Below are positions 48,609 to 64,000 of a stretch of 64,000 nucleotides of DNA, piece after piece; within the stretch, counting starts at the first letter, position 1, and every line of letters starts with the position of its first letter. This stretch comes from Eledone cirrhosa (Eukaryota). The DNA is taken from contig OZ024756.1 of assembly GCA_964016885.1 (NCBI GenBank), forward strand, positions 7,564,001 through 7,628,000. The letters run 5' to 3'. Both the position numbers and the translations under genes were made by a program. The notes under the pieces are model-generated. The model saw only the letters and a program-made list of their open reading frames with translations. It did not search any database and was not told the origin of the DNA.

Positions 48609-49040
48609 AAAGTTCTATTTACATTGTTGGGACACAACACGCAAATATTTTTATAACTGATATAAAGCACTCGACAAGCATTTGGAGTAAATACACGATA
48701 TTAACAAATGGAAACTATATTTATAAAACCATATTTATTTTATTATACATATTTCAAGGATACCATGGTATGCTTTCATCAGATAAAATACAATATATAC
48801 CAGTTTTATAAATAAACATTGACGTACCCTTTCAAAATGCAACCGTTACTTTTGGAAGTACTTGATGTCTTCCAAAAGTAACGGTCGCATTTTGAAAGGG
48901 TACGTCAATGTTTATTTATAACACTGGTATATATTGTATTTTGCCTGATGAAAGCATACCATAATTTAACATGGTACCCTTGAAATATGTATAATAAAAT
49001 AAATATGGTTTTATAAATATAGTATCCATTTGTTAATATC
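48606..49040 (-). mobile_element. Family F foldback remnant (tail 48606-48693; arms ~48695-48858 / 48869-49042)
   Basis: Inverted arms with a hammerhead on each strand; TA-flanked. Confidence 0.75.
48736..48790 (-). ncRNA. Type-I hammerhead ribozyme (mirror on + at ~48937-49000)
   Basis: Reverse strand: tattttat CTGATGA aagcatacc-at-ggtatcctt GAAA tatg TA taataaaata; + copy CTGATGA aagcataccat-aatttaac-atggtaccctt GAAA tatg TA. Confidence 0.7.
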
Positions 49041-49041
49041 G

Positions 49042-49074
<33 letters not shown>

Positions 49075-49228
49075 TATTCAATATATATATATATACATAA
49101 AACAATATATATATATATGTATATATACATAAAATAATATATATATACATTATACCATATATATATATATATTTGAACCCATATATCTATATATCAGTGT
49201 TCGCTTTTCTTTTATATACTATTATAAT

Positions 49229-49302
<74 letters not shown>

Positions 49303-49318
49303 CAATATATGTGTATTA

Positions 49319-49418
<100 letters not shown>

Positions 49419-49771
49419 CAATTTAGAATAAATATATAGCCGTTGCATTGATTAACATTCCAAAGTCTCCCTAATTCAATGAACTTAATATTCTTATATT
49501 CTAAAGTTACTGAAATACCTGACATTATTCAGTAATAAAGCTGGTTCGATGTAAATAATTGCAAAATATTTCTAGAGAATAATTAGAACTGATTAGTGAA
49601 GTATGTGAAACAATTGAGGGCCGATATATGGATAGTTAATTAAATGGTAAATATTTCACAATCAGGAATATGAATTAACAATGTTATATTTCACTCGTTC
49701 CCTTCTTCCTCTATCTTGTTACTACCACACTCTCATCATCCTCTCCCTTTCTTTCCCGATCTCTTTCGAAG

Positions 49772-50672
<901 letters not shown>

Positions 50673-50680
<8 letters not shown>

Positions 50681-53600
50681 GATCGAGTATCGAAAAATCG
50701 GCGCACGAGTTCACGAAAAACGAAATTCGATATGAGCGGCAGAGGGCTCAATAATTCAGATGAATCAGAGCTATAACTATCGTTAAAATACCGTCACATA
50801 TAGAACAAGTCTACAATCAACCATACGATTTAAAATCGATAAAGGAAGATTCGGGCCAAACAGATAAAAAATATCAATAAAACAATACGTCAATAATTTA
50901 AATGAATGTAAAATCATACCCGGACCCACTAGAAAGGTGTTAAATCTAGCTTCATGGGTTTCTGTAAATCCTTAGACTGTACTCTATCAGCTCACATATA
51001 AATATAAAAGCCTACTAGAATAAGTGGAACGGAGTTTACGTTGTCAACGAGTTTTTTCCTGGCGGCAGAGGAGTCAACTAGCGGTGAAAAACGCACATGG
51101 CATTAGACAAGGGAGATGACCCCTATATCCGCGAAAACAATTCGAGTGAATGTGGAAATACACATATCGAATTAGAGTGCTCAATAGACATGTTAAAATA
51201 AAACAAAAGCTATTCATCACTCAATAGAATCGACAAAAAATGAGCAATAAAATTAACTGGTGGATAGCTATGTCCAGAGCTAAATATATTAGAAAGATCG
51301 AGTATCGAAAAATCGGCGCACGAGTTCACGAAAAACGAAATTCGATATGAGCGGCAGAGGGCTCAATAATTCAGATGAATCAGAGCTATAACTATCGTTA
51401 AAATACCGTCACATATAGAACAAGTCTACAATCAACCATACGATTTAAAATCGATAAAGGAAGATTCGGGCCAAACAGATAAAAAATATCAATAAAACAA
51501 TACGTCAATAATTTAAATGAATGTAAAATCATACCCGGACCCACTAGAAAGGTGTTAAATCTAGCTTCATGGGTTTCTGTAAATCCTTAGACTGTACTCT
51601 ATCAGCTCACATATAAATATAAAAGCCTACTAGAATAAGTGGAACGGAGTTTACGTTGTCAACGAGTTTTTTCCTGGCGGCAGAGGAGTCAACTAGCGGT
51701 GAAAAACGCACATGGCATTAGACAAGGGAGATGACCCCTATATCCGCGAAAACAATTCGAGTGAATGTGGAAATACACATATCGAATTAGAGTGCTCAAT
51801 AGACATGTTAAAATAAAACAAAAGCTATTCATCACTCAATAGAATCGACAAAAAATGAGCAATAAAATTAACTGGTGGATAGCTATGTCCAGAGCTAAAT
51901 ATATTAGAAAGATCGAGTATCGAAAAATCGGCGCACGAGTTCACGAAAAACGAAATTCGATATGAGCGGCAGAGGGCTCAATAATTCAGATGAATCAGAG
52001 CTATAACTATCGTTAAAATACCGTCACATATAGAACAAGTCTACAATCAACCATACGATTTAAAATCGATAAAGGAAGATTCGGGCCAAACAGATAAAAA
52101 ATATCAATAAAACAATACGTCAATAATTTAAATGAATGTAAAATCATACCCGGACCCACTAGAAAGGTGTTAAATCTAGCTTCATGGGTTTCTGTAAATC
52201 CTTAGACTGTACTCTATCAGCTCACATATAAATATAAAAGCCTACTAGAATAAGTGGAACGGAGTTTACGTTGTCAACGAGTTTTTTCCTGGCGGCAGAG
52301 GAGTCAACTAGCGGTGAAAAACGCACATGGCATTAGACAAGGGAGATGACCCCTATATCCGCGAAAACAATTCGAGTGAATGTGGAAATACACATATCGA
52401 ATTAGAGTGCTCAATAGACATGTTAAAATAAAACAAAAGCTATTCATCACTCAATAGAATCGACAAAAAATGAGCAATAAAATTAACTGGTGGATAGCTA
52501 TGTCCAGAGCTAAATATATTAGAAAGATCGAGTATCGAAAAATCGGCGCACGAGTTCACGAAAAACGAAATTCGATATGAGCGGCAGAGGGCTCAATAAT
52601 TCAGATGAATCAGAGCTATAACTATCGTTAAAATACCGTCACATATAGAACAAGTCTACAATCAACCATACGATTTAAAATCGATAAAGGAAGATTCGGG
52701 CCAAACAGATAAAAAATATCAATAAAACAATACGTCAATAATTTAAATGAATGTAAAATCATACCCGGACCCACTAGAAAGGTGTTAAATCTAGCTTCAT
52801 GGGTTTCTGTAAATCCTTAGACTGTACTCTATCAGCTCACATATAAATATAAAAGCCTACTAGAATAAGTGGAACGGAGTTTACGTTGTCAACGAGTTTT
52901 TTCCTGGCGGCAGAGGAGTCAACTAGCGGTGAAAAACGCACATGGCATTAGACAAGGGAGATGACCCCTATATCCGCGAAAACAATTCGAGTGAATGTGG
53001 AAATACACATATCGAATTAGAGTGCTCAATAGACATGTTAAAATAAAACAAAAGCTATTCATCACTCAATAGAATCGACAAAAAATGAGCAATAAAATTA
53101 ACTGGTGGATAGCTATGTCCAGAGCTAAATATATTAGAAAGATCGAGTATCGAAAAATCGGCGCACGAGTTCACGAAAAACGAAATTCGATATGAGCGGC
53201 AGAGGGCTCAATAATTCAGATGAATCAGAGCTATAACTATCGTTAAAATACCGTCACATATAGAACAAGTCTACAATCAACCATACGATTTAAAATCGAT
53301 AAAGGAAGATTCGGGCCAAACAGATAAAAAATATCAATAAAACAATACGTCAATAATTTAAATGAATGTAAAATCATACCCGGACCCACTAGAAAGGTGT
53401 TAAATCTAGCTTCATGGGTTTCTGTAAATCCTTAGACTGTACTCTATCAGCTCACATATAAATATAAAAGCCTACTAGAATAAGTGGAACGGAGTTTACG
53501 TTGTCAACGAGTTTTTTCCTGGCGGCAGAGGAGTCAACTAGCGGTGAAAAACGCACATGGCATTAGACAAGGGAGATGACCCCTATATCCGCGAAAACAA

Positions 53601-56600
53601 TTCGAGTGAATGTGGAAATACACATATCGAATTAGAGTGCTCAATAGACATGTTAAAATAAAACAAAAGCTATTCATCACTCAATAGAATCGACAAAAAA
53701 TGAGCAATAAAATTAACTGGTGGATAGCTATGTCCAGAGCTAAATATATTAGAAAGATCGAGTATCGAAAAATCGGCGCACGAGTTCACGAAAAACGAAA
53801 TTCGATATGAGCGGCAGAGGGCTCAATAATTCAGATGAATCAGAGCTATAACTATCGTTAAAATACCGTCACATATAGAACAAGTCTACAATCAACCATA
53901 CGATTTAAAATCGATAAAGGAAGATTCGGGCCAAACAGATAAAAAATATCAATAAAACAATACGTCAATAATTTAAATGAATGTAAAATCATACCCGGAC
54001 CCACTAGAAAGGTGTTAAATCTAGCTTCATGGGTTTCTGTAAATCCTTAGACTGTACTCTATCAGCTCACATATAAATATAAAAGCCTACTAGAATAAGT
54101 GGAACGGAGTTTACGTTGTCAACGAGTTTTTTCCTGGCGGCAGAGGAGTCAACTAGCGGTGAAAAACGCACATGGCATTAGACAAGGGAGATGACCCCTA
54201 TATCCGCGAAAACAATTCGAGTGAATGTGGAAATACACATATCGAATTAGAGTGCTCAATAGACATGTTAAAATAAAACAAAAGCTATTCATCACTCAAT
54301 AGAATCGACAAAAAATGAGCAATAAAATTAACTGGTGGATAGCTATGTCCAGAGCTAAATATATTAGAAAGATCGAGTATCGAAAAATCGGCGCACGAGT
54401 TCACGAAAAACGAAATTCGATATGAGCGGCAGAGGGCTCAATAATTCAGATGAATCAGAGCTATAACTATCGTTAAAATACCGTCACATATAGAACAAGT
54501 CTACAATCAACCATACGATTTAAAATCGATAAAGGAAGATTCGGGCCAAACAGATAAAAAATATCAATAAAACAATACGTCAATAATTTAAATGAATGTA
54601 AAATCATACCCGGACCCACTAGAAAGGTGTTAAATCTAGCTTCATGGGTTTCTGTAAATCCTTAGACTGTACTCTATCAGCTCACATATAAATATAAAAG
54701 CCTACTAGAATAAGTGGAACGGAGTTTACGTTGCCAACGAGTTTTTTCCTGGCGGCAGAGGAGTCAACTAGCGGTGAAAAACGCACATGGCATTAGACAA
54801 GGGAGATGACCCCTATATCCGCGAAAACAATTCGAGTGAATGTGGAAATACACATATCGAATTAGAGTGCTCAATAGACATGTTAAAATAAAACAAAAGC
54901 TATTCATCACTCAATAGAATCGACAAAAAATGAGCAATAAAATTAACTGGTGGATAGCTATGTCCAGAGCTAAATATATTAGAAAGATCGAGTATCGAAA
55001 AATCGGCGCACGAGTTCACGAAAAACGAAATTCGATATGAGCGGCAGAGGGCTCAATAATTCAGATGAATCAGAGCTATAACTATCGTTAAAATACCGTC
55101 ACATATAGAACAAGTCTACAATCAACCATACGATTTAAAATCGATAAAGGAAGATTCGGGCCAAACAGATAAAAAATATCAATAAAACAATACGTCAATA
55201 ATTTAAATGAATGTAAAATCATACCCGGACCCACTAGAAAGGTGTTAAATCTAGCTTCATGGGTTTCTGTAAATCCTTAGACTGTACTCTATCAGCTCAC
55301 ATATAAATATAAAAGCCTACTAGAATAAGTGGAACGGAGTTTACGTTGTCAACGAGTTTTTTCCTGGCGGCAGAGGAGTCAACTAGCGGTGAAAAACGCA
55401 CATGGCATTAGACAAGGGAGATGACCCCTATATCCGCGAAAACAATTCGAGTGAATGTGGAAATACACATATCGAATTAGAGTGCTCAATAGACATGTTA
55501 AAATAAAACAAAAGCTATTCATCACTCAATAGAATCGACAAAAAATGAGCAATAAAATTAACTGGTGGATAGCTATGTCCAGAGCTAAATATATTAGAAA
55601 GATCGAGTATCGAAAAATCGGCGCACGAGTTCACGAAAAACGAAATTCGATATGAGCGGCAGAGGGCTCAATAATTCAGATGAATCAGAGCTATAACTAT
55701 CGTTAAAATACCGTCACATATAGAACAAGTCTACAATCAACCATACGATTTAAAATCGATAAAGGAAGATTCGGGCCAAACAGATAAAAAATATCAATAA
55801 AACAATACGTCAATAATTTAAATGAATGTAAAATCATACCCGGACCCACTAGAAAGGTGTTAAATCTAGCTTCATGGGTTTCTGTAAATCCTTAGACTGT
55901 ACTCTATCAGCTCACATATAAATATAAAAGCCTACTAGAATAAGTGGAACGGAGTTTACGTTGTCAACGAGTTTTTTCCTGGCGGCAGAGGAGTCAACTA
56001 GCGGTGAAAAACGCACATGGCATTAGACAAGGGAGATGACCCCTATATCCGCGAAAACAATTCGAGTGAATGTGGAAATACACATATCGAATTAGAGTGC
56101 TCAATAGACATGTTAAAATAAAACAAAAGCTATTCATCACTCAATAGAATCGACAAAAAATGAGCAATAAAATTAACTGGTGGATAGCTATGTCCAGAGC
56201 TAAATATATTAGAAAGATCGAGTATCGAAAAATCGGCGCACGAGTTCACGAAAAACGAAATTCGATATGAGCGGCAGAGGGCTCAATAATTCAGATGAAT
56301 CAGAGCTATAACTATCGTTAAAATACCGTCACATATAGAACAAGTCTACAATCAACCATACGATTTAAAATCGATAAAGGAAGATTCGGGCCAAACAGAT
56401 AAAAAATATCAATAAAACAATACGTCAATAATTTAAATGAATGTAAAATCATACCCGGACCCACTAGAAAGGTGTTAAATCTAGCTTCATGGGTTTCTGT
56501 AAATCCTTAGACTGTACTCTATCAGCTCACATATAAATATAAAAGCCTACTAGAATAAGTGGAACGGAGTTTACGTTGTCAACGAGTTTTTTCCTGGCGG

Positions 56601-59600
56601 CAGAGGAGTCAACTAGCGGTGAAAAACGCACATGGCATTAGACAAGGGAGATGACCCCTATATCCGCGAAAACAATTCGAGTGAATGTGGAAATACACAT
56701 ATCGAATTAGAGTGCTCAATAGACATGTTAAAATAAAACAAAAGCTATTCATCACTCAATAGAATCGACAAAAAATGAGCAATAAAATTAACTGGTGGAT
56801 AGCTATGTCCAGAGCTAAATATATTAGAAAGATCGAGTATCGAAAAATCGGCGCACGAGTTCACGAAAAACGAAATTCGATATGAGCGGCAGAGGGCTCA
56901 ATAATTCAGATGAATCAGAGCTATAACTATCGTTAAAATACCGTCACATATAGAACAAGTCTACAATCAACCATACGATTTAAAATCGATAAAGGAAGAT
57001 TCGGGCCAAACAGATAAAAAATATCAATAAAACAATACGTCAATAATTTAAATGAATGTAAAATCATACCCGGACCCACTAGAAAGGTGTTAAATCTAGC
57101 TTCATGGGTTTCTGTAAATCCTTAGACTGTACTCTATCAGCTCACATATAAATATAAAAGCCTACTAGAATAAGTGGAACGGAGTTTACGTTGTCAACGA
57201 GTTTTTTCCTGGCGGCAGAGGAGTCAACTAGCGGTGAAAAACGCACATGGCATTAGACAAGGGAGATGACCCCTATATCCGCGAAAACAATTCGAGTGAA
57301 TGTGGAAATACACATATCGAATTAGAGTGCTCAATAGACATGTTAAAATAAAACAAAAGCTATTCATCACTCAATAGAATCGACAAAAAATGAGCAATAA
57401 AATTAACTGGTGGATAGCTATGTCCAGAGCTAAATATATTAGAAAGATCGAGTATCGAAAAATCGGCGCACGAGTTCACGAAAAACGAAATTCGATATGA
57501 GCGGCAGAGGGCTCAATAATTCAGATGAATCAGAGCTATAACTATCGTTAAAATACCGTCACATATAGAACAAGTCTACAATCAACCATACGATTTAAAA
57601 TCGATAAAGGAAGATTCGGGCCAAACAGATAAAAAATATCAATAAAACAATACGTCAATAATTTAAATGAATGTAAAATCATACCCGGACCCACTAGAAA
57701 GGTGTTAAATCTAGCTTCATGGGTTTCTGTAAATCCTTAGACTGTACTCTATCAGCTCACATATAAATATAAAAGCCTACTAGAATAAGTGGAACGGAGT
57801 TTACGTTGTCAACGAGTTTTTTCCTGGCGGCAGAGGAGTCAACTAGCGGTGAAAAACGCACATGGCATTAGACAAGGGAGATGACCCCTATATCCGCGAA
57901 AACAATTCGAGTGAATGTGGAAATACACATATCGAATTAGAGTGCTCAATAGACATGTTAAAATAAAACAAAAGCTATTCATCACTCAATAGAATCGACA
58001 AAAAATGAGCAATAAAATTAACTGGTGGATAGCTATGTCCAGAGCTAAATATATTAGAAAGATCGAGTATCGAAAAATCGGCGCACGAGTTCACGAAAAA
58101 CGAAATTCGATATGAGCGGCAGAGGGCTCAATAATTCAGATGAATCAGAGCTATAACTATCGTTAAAATACCGTCACATATAGAACAAGTCTACAATCAA
58201 CCATACGATTTAAAATCGATAAAGGAAGATTCGGGCCAAACAGATAAAAAATATCAATAAAACAATACGTCAATAATTTAAATGAATGTAAAATCATACC
58301 CGGACCCACTAGAAAGGTGTTAAATCTAGCTTCATGGGTTTCTGTAAATCCTTAGACTGTACTCTATCAGCTCACATATAAATATAAAAGCCTACTAGAA
58401 TAAGTGGAACGGAGTTTACGTTGTCAACGAGTTTTTTCCTGGCGGCAGAGGAGTCAACTAGCGGTGAAAAACGCACATGGCATTAGACAAGGGAGATGAC
58501 CCCTATATCCGCGAAAACAATTCGAGTGAATGTGGAAATACACATATCGAATTAGAGTGCTCAATAGACATGTTAAAATAAAACAAAAGCTATTCATCAC
58601 TCAATAGAATCGACAAAAAATGAGCAATAAAATTAACTGGTGGATAGCTATGTCCAGAGCTAAATATATTATCGAAAAATCGGCGCACGAGTTCACGAAA
58701 AACGAAATTCGATATGAGCGGCAGAGGGCTCAATAATTCAGATGAATCAGAGCTATAACTATCGTTAAAATACCGTCACATATAGAACAAGTCTACAATC
58801 AACCATACGATTTAAAATCGATAAAGGAAGATTCGGGCCAAACAGATAAAAAATATCAATAAAACAATACGTCAATAATTTAAATGAATGTAAAATCATA
58901 CCCGGACCCACTAGAAAGGTGTTAAATCTAGCTTCATGGGTTTCTGTAAATCCTTAGACTGTACTCTATCAGCTCACATATAAATATAAAAGCCTACTAG
59001 AATAAGTGGAACGGAGTTTACGTTGTCAACGAGTTTTTTCCTGGCGGCAGAGGAGTCAACTAGCGGTGAAAAACGCACATGGCATTAGACAAGGGAGATG
59101 ACCCCTATATCCGCGAAAACAATTCGAGTGAATGTGGAAATACACATATCGAATTAGAGTGCTCAATAGACATGTTAAAATAAAACAAAAGCTATTCATC
59201 ACTCAATAGAATCGACAAAAAATGAGCAATAAAATTAACTGGTGGATAGCTATGTCCAGAGCTAAATATATTAGAAAGATCGAGTATCGAAAAATCGGCG
59301 CACGAGTTCACGAAAAACGAAATTCGATATGAGCGGCAGAGGGCTCAATAATTCAGATGAATCAGAGCTATAACTATCGTTAAAATACCGTCACATATAG
59401 AACAAGTCTACAATCAACCATACGATTTAAAATCGATAAAGGAAGATTCGGGCCAAACAGATAAAAAATATCAATAAAACAATACGTCAATAATTTAAAT
59501 GAATGTAAAATCATACCCGGACCCACTAGAAAGGTGTTAAATCTAGCTTCATGGGTTTCTGTAAATCCTTAGACTGTACTCTATCAGCTCACATATAAAT

Positions 59601-62600
59601 ATAAAAGCCTACTAGAATAAGTGGAACGGAGTTTACGTTGTCAACGAGTTTTTTCCTGGCGGCAGAGGAGTCAACTAGCGGTGAAAAACGCACATGGCAT
59701 TAGACAAGGGAGATGACCCCTATATCCGCGAAAACAATTCGAGTGAATGTGGAAATACACATATCGAATTAGAGTGCTCAATAGACATGTTAAAATAAAA
59801 CAAAAGCTATTCATCACTCAATAGAATCGACAAAAAATGAGCAATAAAATTAACTGGTGGATAGCTATGTCCAGAGCTAAATATATTAGAAAGATCGAGT
59901 ATCGAAAAATCGGCGCACGAGTTCACGAAAAACGAAATTCGATATGAGCGGCAGAGGGCTCAATAATTCAGATGAATCAGAGCTATAACTATCGTTAAAA
60001 TACCGTCACATATAGAACAAGTCTACAATCAACCATACGATTTAAAATCGATAAAGGAAGATTCGGGCCAAACAGATAAAAAATATCAATAAAACAATAC
60101 GTCAATAATTTAAATGAATGTAAAATCATACCCGGACCCACTAGAAAGGTGTTAAATCTAGCTTCATGGGTTTCTGTAAATCCTTAGACTGTACTCTATC
60201 AGCTCACATATAAATATAAAAGCCTACTAGAATAAGTGGAACGGAGTTTACGTTGTCAACGAGTTTTTTCCTGGCGGCAGAGGAGTCAACTAGCGGTGAA
60301 AAACGCACATGGCATTAGACAAGGGAGATGACCCCTATATCCGCGAAAACAATTCGAGTGAATGTGGAAATACACATATCGAATTAGAGTGCTCAATAGA
60401 CATGTTAAAATAAAACAAAAGCTATTCATCACTCAATAGAATCGACAAAAAATGAGCAATAAAATTAACTGGTGGATAGCTATGTCCAGAGCTAAATATA
60501 TTAGAAAGATCGAGTATCGAAAAATCGGCGCACGAGTTCACGAAAAACGAAATTCGATATGAGCGGCAGAGGGCTCAATAATTCAGATGAATCAGAGCTA
60601 TAACTATCGTTAAAATACCGTCACATATAGAACAAGTCTACAATCAACCATACGATTTAAAATCGATAAAGGAAGATTCGGGCCAAACAGATAAAAAATA
60701 TCAATAAAACAATACGTCAATAATTTAAATGAATGTAAAATCATACCCGGACCCACTAGAAAGGTGTTAAATCTAGCTTCATGGGTTTCTGTAAATCCTT
60801 AGACTGTACTCTATCAGCTCACATATAAATATAAAAGCCTACTAGAATAAGTGGAACGGAGTTTACGTTGTCAACGAGTTTTTTCCTGGCGGCAGAGGAG
60901 TCAACTAGCGGTGAAAAACGCACATGGCATTAGACAAGGGAGATGACCCCTATATCCGCGAAAACAATTCGAGTGAATGTGGAAATACACATATCGAATT
61001 AGAGTGCTCAATAGACATGTTAAAATAAAACAAAAGCTATTCATCACTCAATAGAATCGACAAAAAATGAGCAATAAAATTAACTGGTGGATAGCTATGT
61101 CCAGAGCTAAATATATTAGAAAGATCGAGTATCGAAAAATCGGCGCACGAGTTCACGAAAAACGAAATTCGATATGAGCGGCAGAGGGCTCAATAATTCA
61201 GATGAATCAGAGCTATAACTATCGTTAAAATACCGTCACATATAGAACAAGTCTACAATCAACCATACGATTTAAAATCGATAAAGGAAGATTCGGGCCA
61301 AACAGATAAAAAATATCAATAAAACAATACGTCAATAATTTAAATGAATGTAAAATCATACCCGGACCCACTAGAAAGGTGTTAAATCTAGCTTCATGGG
61401 TTTCTGTAAATCCTTAGACTGTACTCTATCAGCTCACATATAAATATAAAAGCCTACTAGAATAAGTGGAACGGAGTTTACGTTGTCAACGAGTTTTTTC
61501 CTGGCGGCAGAGGAGTCAACTAGCGGTGAAAAACGCACATGGCATTAGACAAGGGAGATGACCCCTATATCCGCGAAAACAATTCGAGTGAATGTGGAAA
61601 TACACATATCGAATTAGAGTGCTCAATAGACATGTTAAAATAAAACAAAAGCTATTCATCACTCAATAGAATCGACAAAAAATGAGCAATAAAATTAACT
61701 GGTGGATAGCTATGTCCAGAGCTAAATATATTAGAAAGATCGAGTATCGAAAAATCGGCGCACGAGTTCACGAAAAACGAAATTCGATATGAGCGGCAGA
61801 GGGCTCAATAATTCAGATGAATCAGAGCTATAACTATCGTTAAAATACCGTCACATATAGAACAAGTCTACAATCAACCATACGATTTAAAATCGATAAA
61901 GGAAGATTCGGGCCAAACAGATAAAAAATATCAATAAAACAATACGTCAATAATTTAAATGAATGTAAAATCATACCCGGACCCACTAGAAAGGTGTTAA
62001 ATCTAGCTTCATGGGTTTCTGTAAATCCTTAGACTGTACTCTATCAGCTCACATATAAATATAAAAGCCTACTAGAATAAGTGGAACGGAGTTTACGTTG
62101 TCAACGAGTTTTTTCCTGGCGGCAGAGGAGTCAACTAGCGGTGAAAAACGCACATGGCATTAGACAAGGGAGATGACCCCTATATCCGCGAAAACAATTC
62201 GAGTGAATGTGGAAATACACATATCGAATTAGAGTGCTCAATAGACATGTTAAAATAAAACAAAAGCTATTCATCACTCAATAGAATCGACAAAAAATGA
62301 GCAATAAAATTAACTGGTGGATAGCTATGTCCAGAGCTAAATATATTATCGAAAAATCGGCGCACGAGTTCACGAAAAACGAAATTCGATATGAGCGGCA
62401 GAGGGCTCAATAATTCAGATGAATCAGAGCTATAACTATCGTTAAAATACCGTCACATATAGAACAAGTCTACAATCAACCATACGATTTAAAATCGATA
62501 AAGGAAGATTCGGGCCAAACAGATAAAAAATATCAATAAAACAATACGTCAATAATTTAAATGAATGTAAAATCATACCCGGACCCACTAGAAAGGTGTT

Positions 62601-63529
62601 AAATCTAGCTTCATGGGTTTCTGTAAATCCTTAGACTGTACTCTATCAGCTCACATATAAATATAAAAGCCTACTAGAATAAGTGGAACGGAGTTTACGT
62701 TGTCAACGAGTTTTTTCCTGGCGGCAGAGGAGTCAACTAGCGGTGAAAAACGCACATGGCATTAGACAAGGGAGATGACCCCTATATCCGCGAAAACAAT
62801 TCGAGTGAATGTGGAAATACACATATCGAATTAGAGTGCTCAATAGACATGTTAAAATAAAACAAAAGCTATTCATCACTCAATAGAATCGACAAAAAAT
62901 GAGCAATAAAATTAACTGGTGGATAGCTATGTCCAGAGCTAAATATATTAGAAAGATCGAGTATCGAAAAATCGGCGCACGAGTTCACGAAAAACGAAAT
63001 TCGATATGAGCGGCAGAGGGCTCAATAATTCAGATGAATCAGAGCTATAACTATCGTTAAAATACCGTCACATATAGAACAAGTCTACAATCAACCATAC
63101 GATTTAAAATCGATAAAGGAAGATTCGGGCCAAACAGATAAAAAATATCAATAAAACAATACGTCAATAATTTAAATGAATGTAAAATCATACCCGGACC
63201 CACTAGAAAGGTGTTAAATCTAGCTTCATGGGTTTCTGTAAATCCTTAGACTGTACTCTATCAGCTCACATATAAATATAAAAGCCTACTAGAATAAGTG
63301 GAACGGAGTTTACGTTGTCAACGAGTTTTTTCCTGGCGGCAGAGGAGTCAACTAGCGGTGAAAAACGCACATGGCATTAGACAAGGGAGATGACCCCTAT
63401 ATCCGCGAAAACAATTCGAGTGAATGTGGAAATACACATATCGAATTAGAGTGCTCAATAGACATGTTAAAATAAAACAAAAGCTATTCATCACTCAATA
63501 GAATCGACAAAAAATGAGCAATAAAATTA
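50673..63529. repeat. 615-bp tandem satellite, ~21 nearly identical units
   Basis: agaaagatcgagt recurs at 50676, 51291, 51906 and onward; units 14 and 20 lack 13 bp; the last unit is truncated by ~35 bp; no ORF >=60 aa. Confidence 0.97.
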
Positions 63530-63804
63530 TTATCACTAACAACATGATGTTCATCACTGCTACTACTACTATCATAATTATGAAGACCACCTTCAGCAGC
63601 AGCAGCATTTCCCTTAGCAATTGTTATACTTCCTCTGGCTGAAGGGAAATGACTTTCTTTTTACTTCATATCTATATATATACATACACACAGTTGTCCT
63701 CCGGTATTCGCGGGTTACGTTCCTAGAGCACACACGAAGAGTGAGTAACCGCGAATATATTACGTGGTCCATAAAAATACCTATAAACGTCAAGACTACG
63801 TAAA

Positions 63805-64000
63805 AACCGGTAAGGGTGTTGGACTTACGATCATAATGTCGTGGGTTCGATTCCTGGGTTGCGTGTTGTACTCTTGAGCAAAACACTTCATTTCACGTTG
63901 CTTCAGTCCAGTATACGCCGCTGAAAATGAATACCAGTAATAGCCGGGGGTTTAACCTTGTGATGGTCTGGCGTTCTGTATCTTGTACTCTCAGTCGCTT
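63805..64000 (+). mobile_element. tRNA-derived SINE family B copy
   Basis: ggtaagggtgttgg...gtgggttcgattcctgg...actcttgagcaaaacacttcatttcacgttg. Confidence 0.6.

Noticed and set aside
50673-63529. Possible retrozyme or 5S/snRNA gene array
   Set aside because: No CTGANGA...GAAA core on either strand and no RNA gene recognised by eye; needs an Rfam scan.
63691-63760. cagttgtcctccggtattcgcggg Tigger/pogo-like terminus
   Set aside because: Only one end is visible, with no matching TIR or TSD in the window.

Overview
AT-rich eukaryotic (metazoan) non-genic DNA with no recognisable host gene. The very dense (TA)n microsatellites and tRNA-derived SINEs carrying a 'gcctttcatcc..ggtcgataaa..gtacc' (Meta-type) core suggest a cephalopod such as octopus; this is an inference. 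Most provided ORFs are microsatellite or minisatellite artefacts. Real content: (1) a ~4 kb head-to-head palindrome of two 5'-truncated Penelope-like elements (PLE; RT plus GIY-YIG) at 43671-47659; (2) a GIY-YIG fragment from another PLE family (19933-20367) and a decayed RT from a third, divergent PLE type (~41900-42140); (3) about ten short asymmetric foldback inserts from several unrelated families, nearly all sitting in (TA)n tracts and carrying minimal type-I hammerhead ribozymes, one family with a U3-A8 compensatory core; (4) SINEs, non-autonomous Helitrons, small MITEs and a LINE 3' remnant; (5) a ~10.4 kb 24-bp/38-bp minisatellite; (6) a near-perfect ~21-copy, 615-bp tandem array. The most interesting system is a community of (TA)n-targeting, hammerhead-bearing PLE families sharing an 'inverted arm + arm + tail' architecture. 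Coordinates were read by eye and may be off by a few bases.
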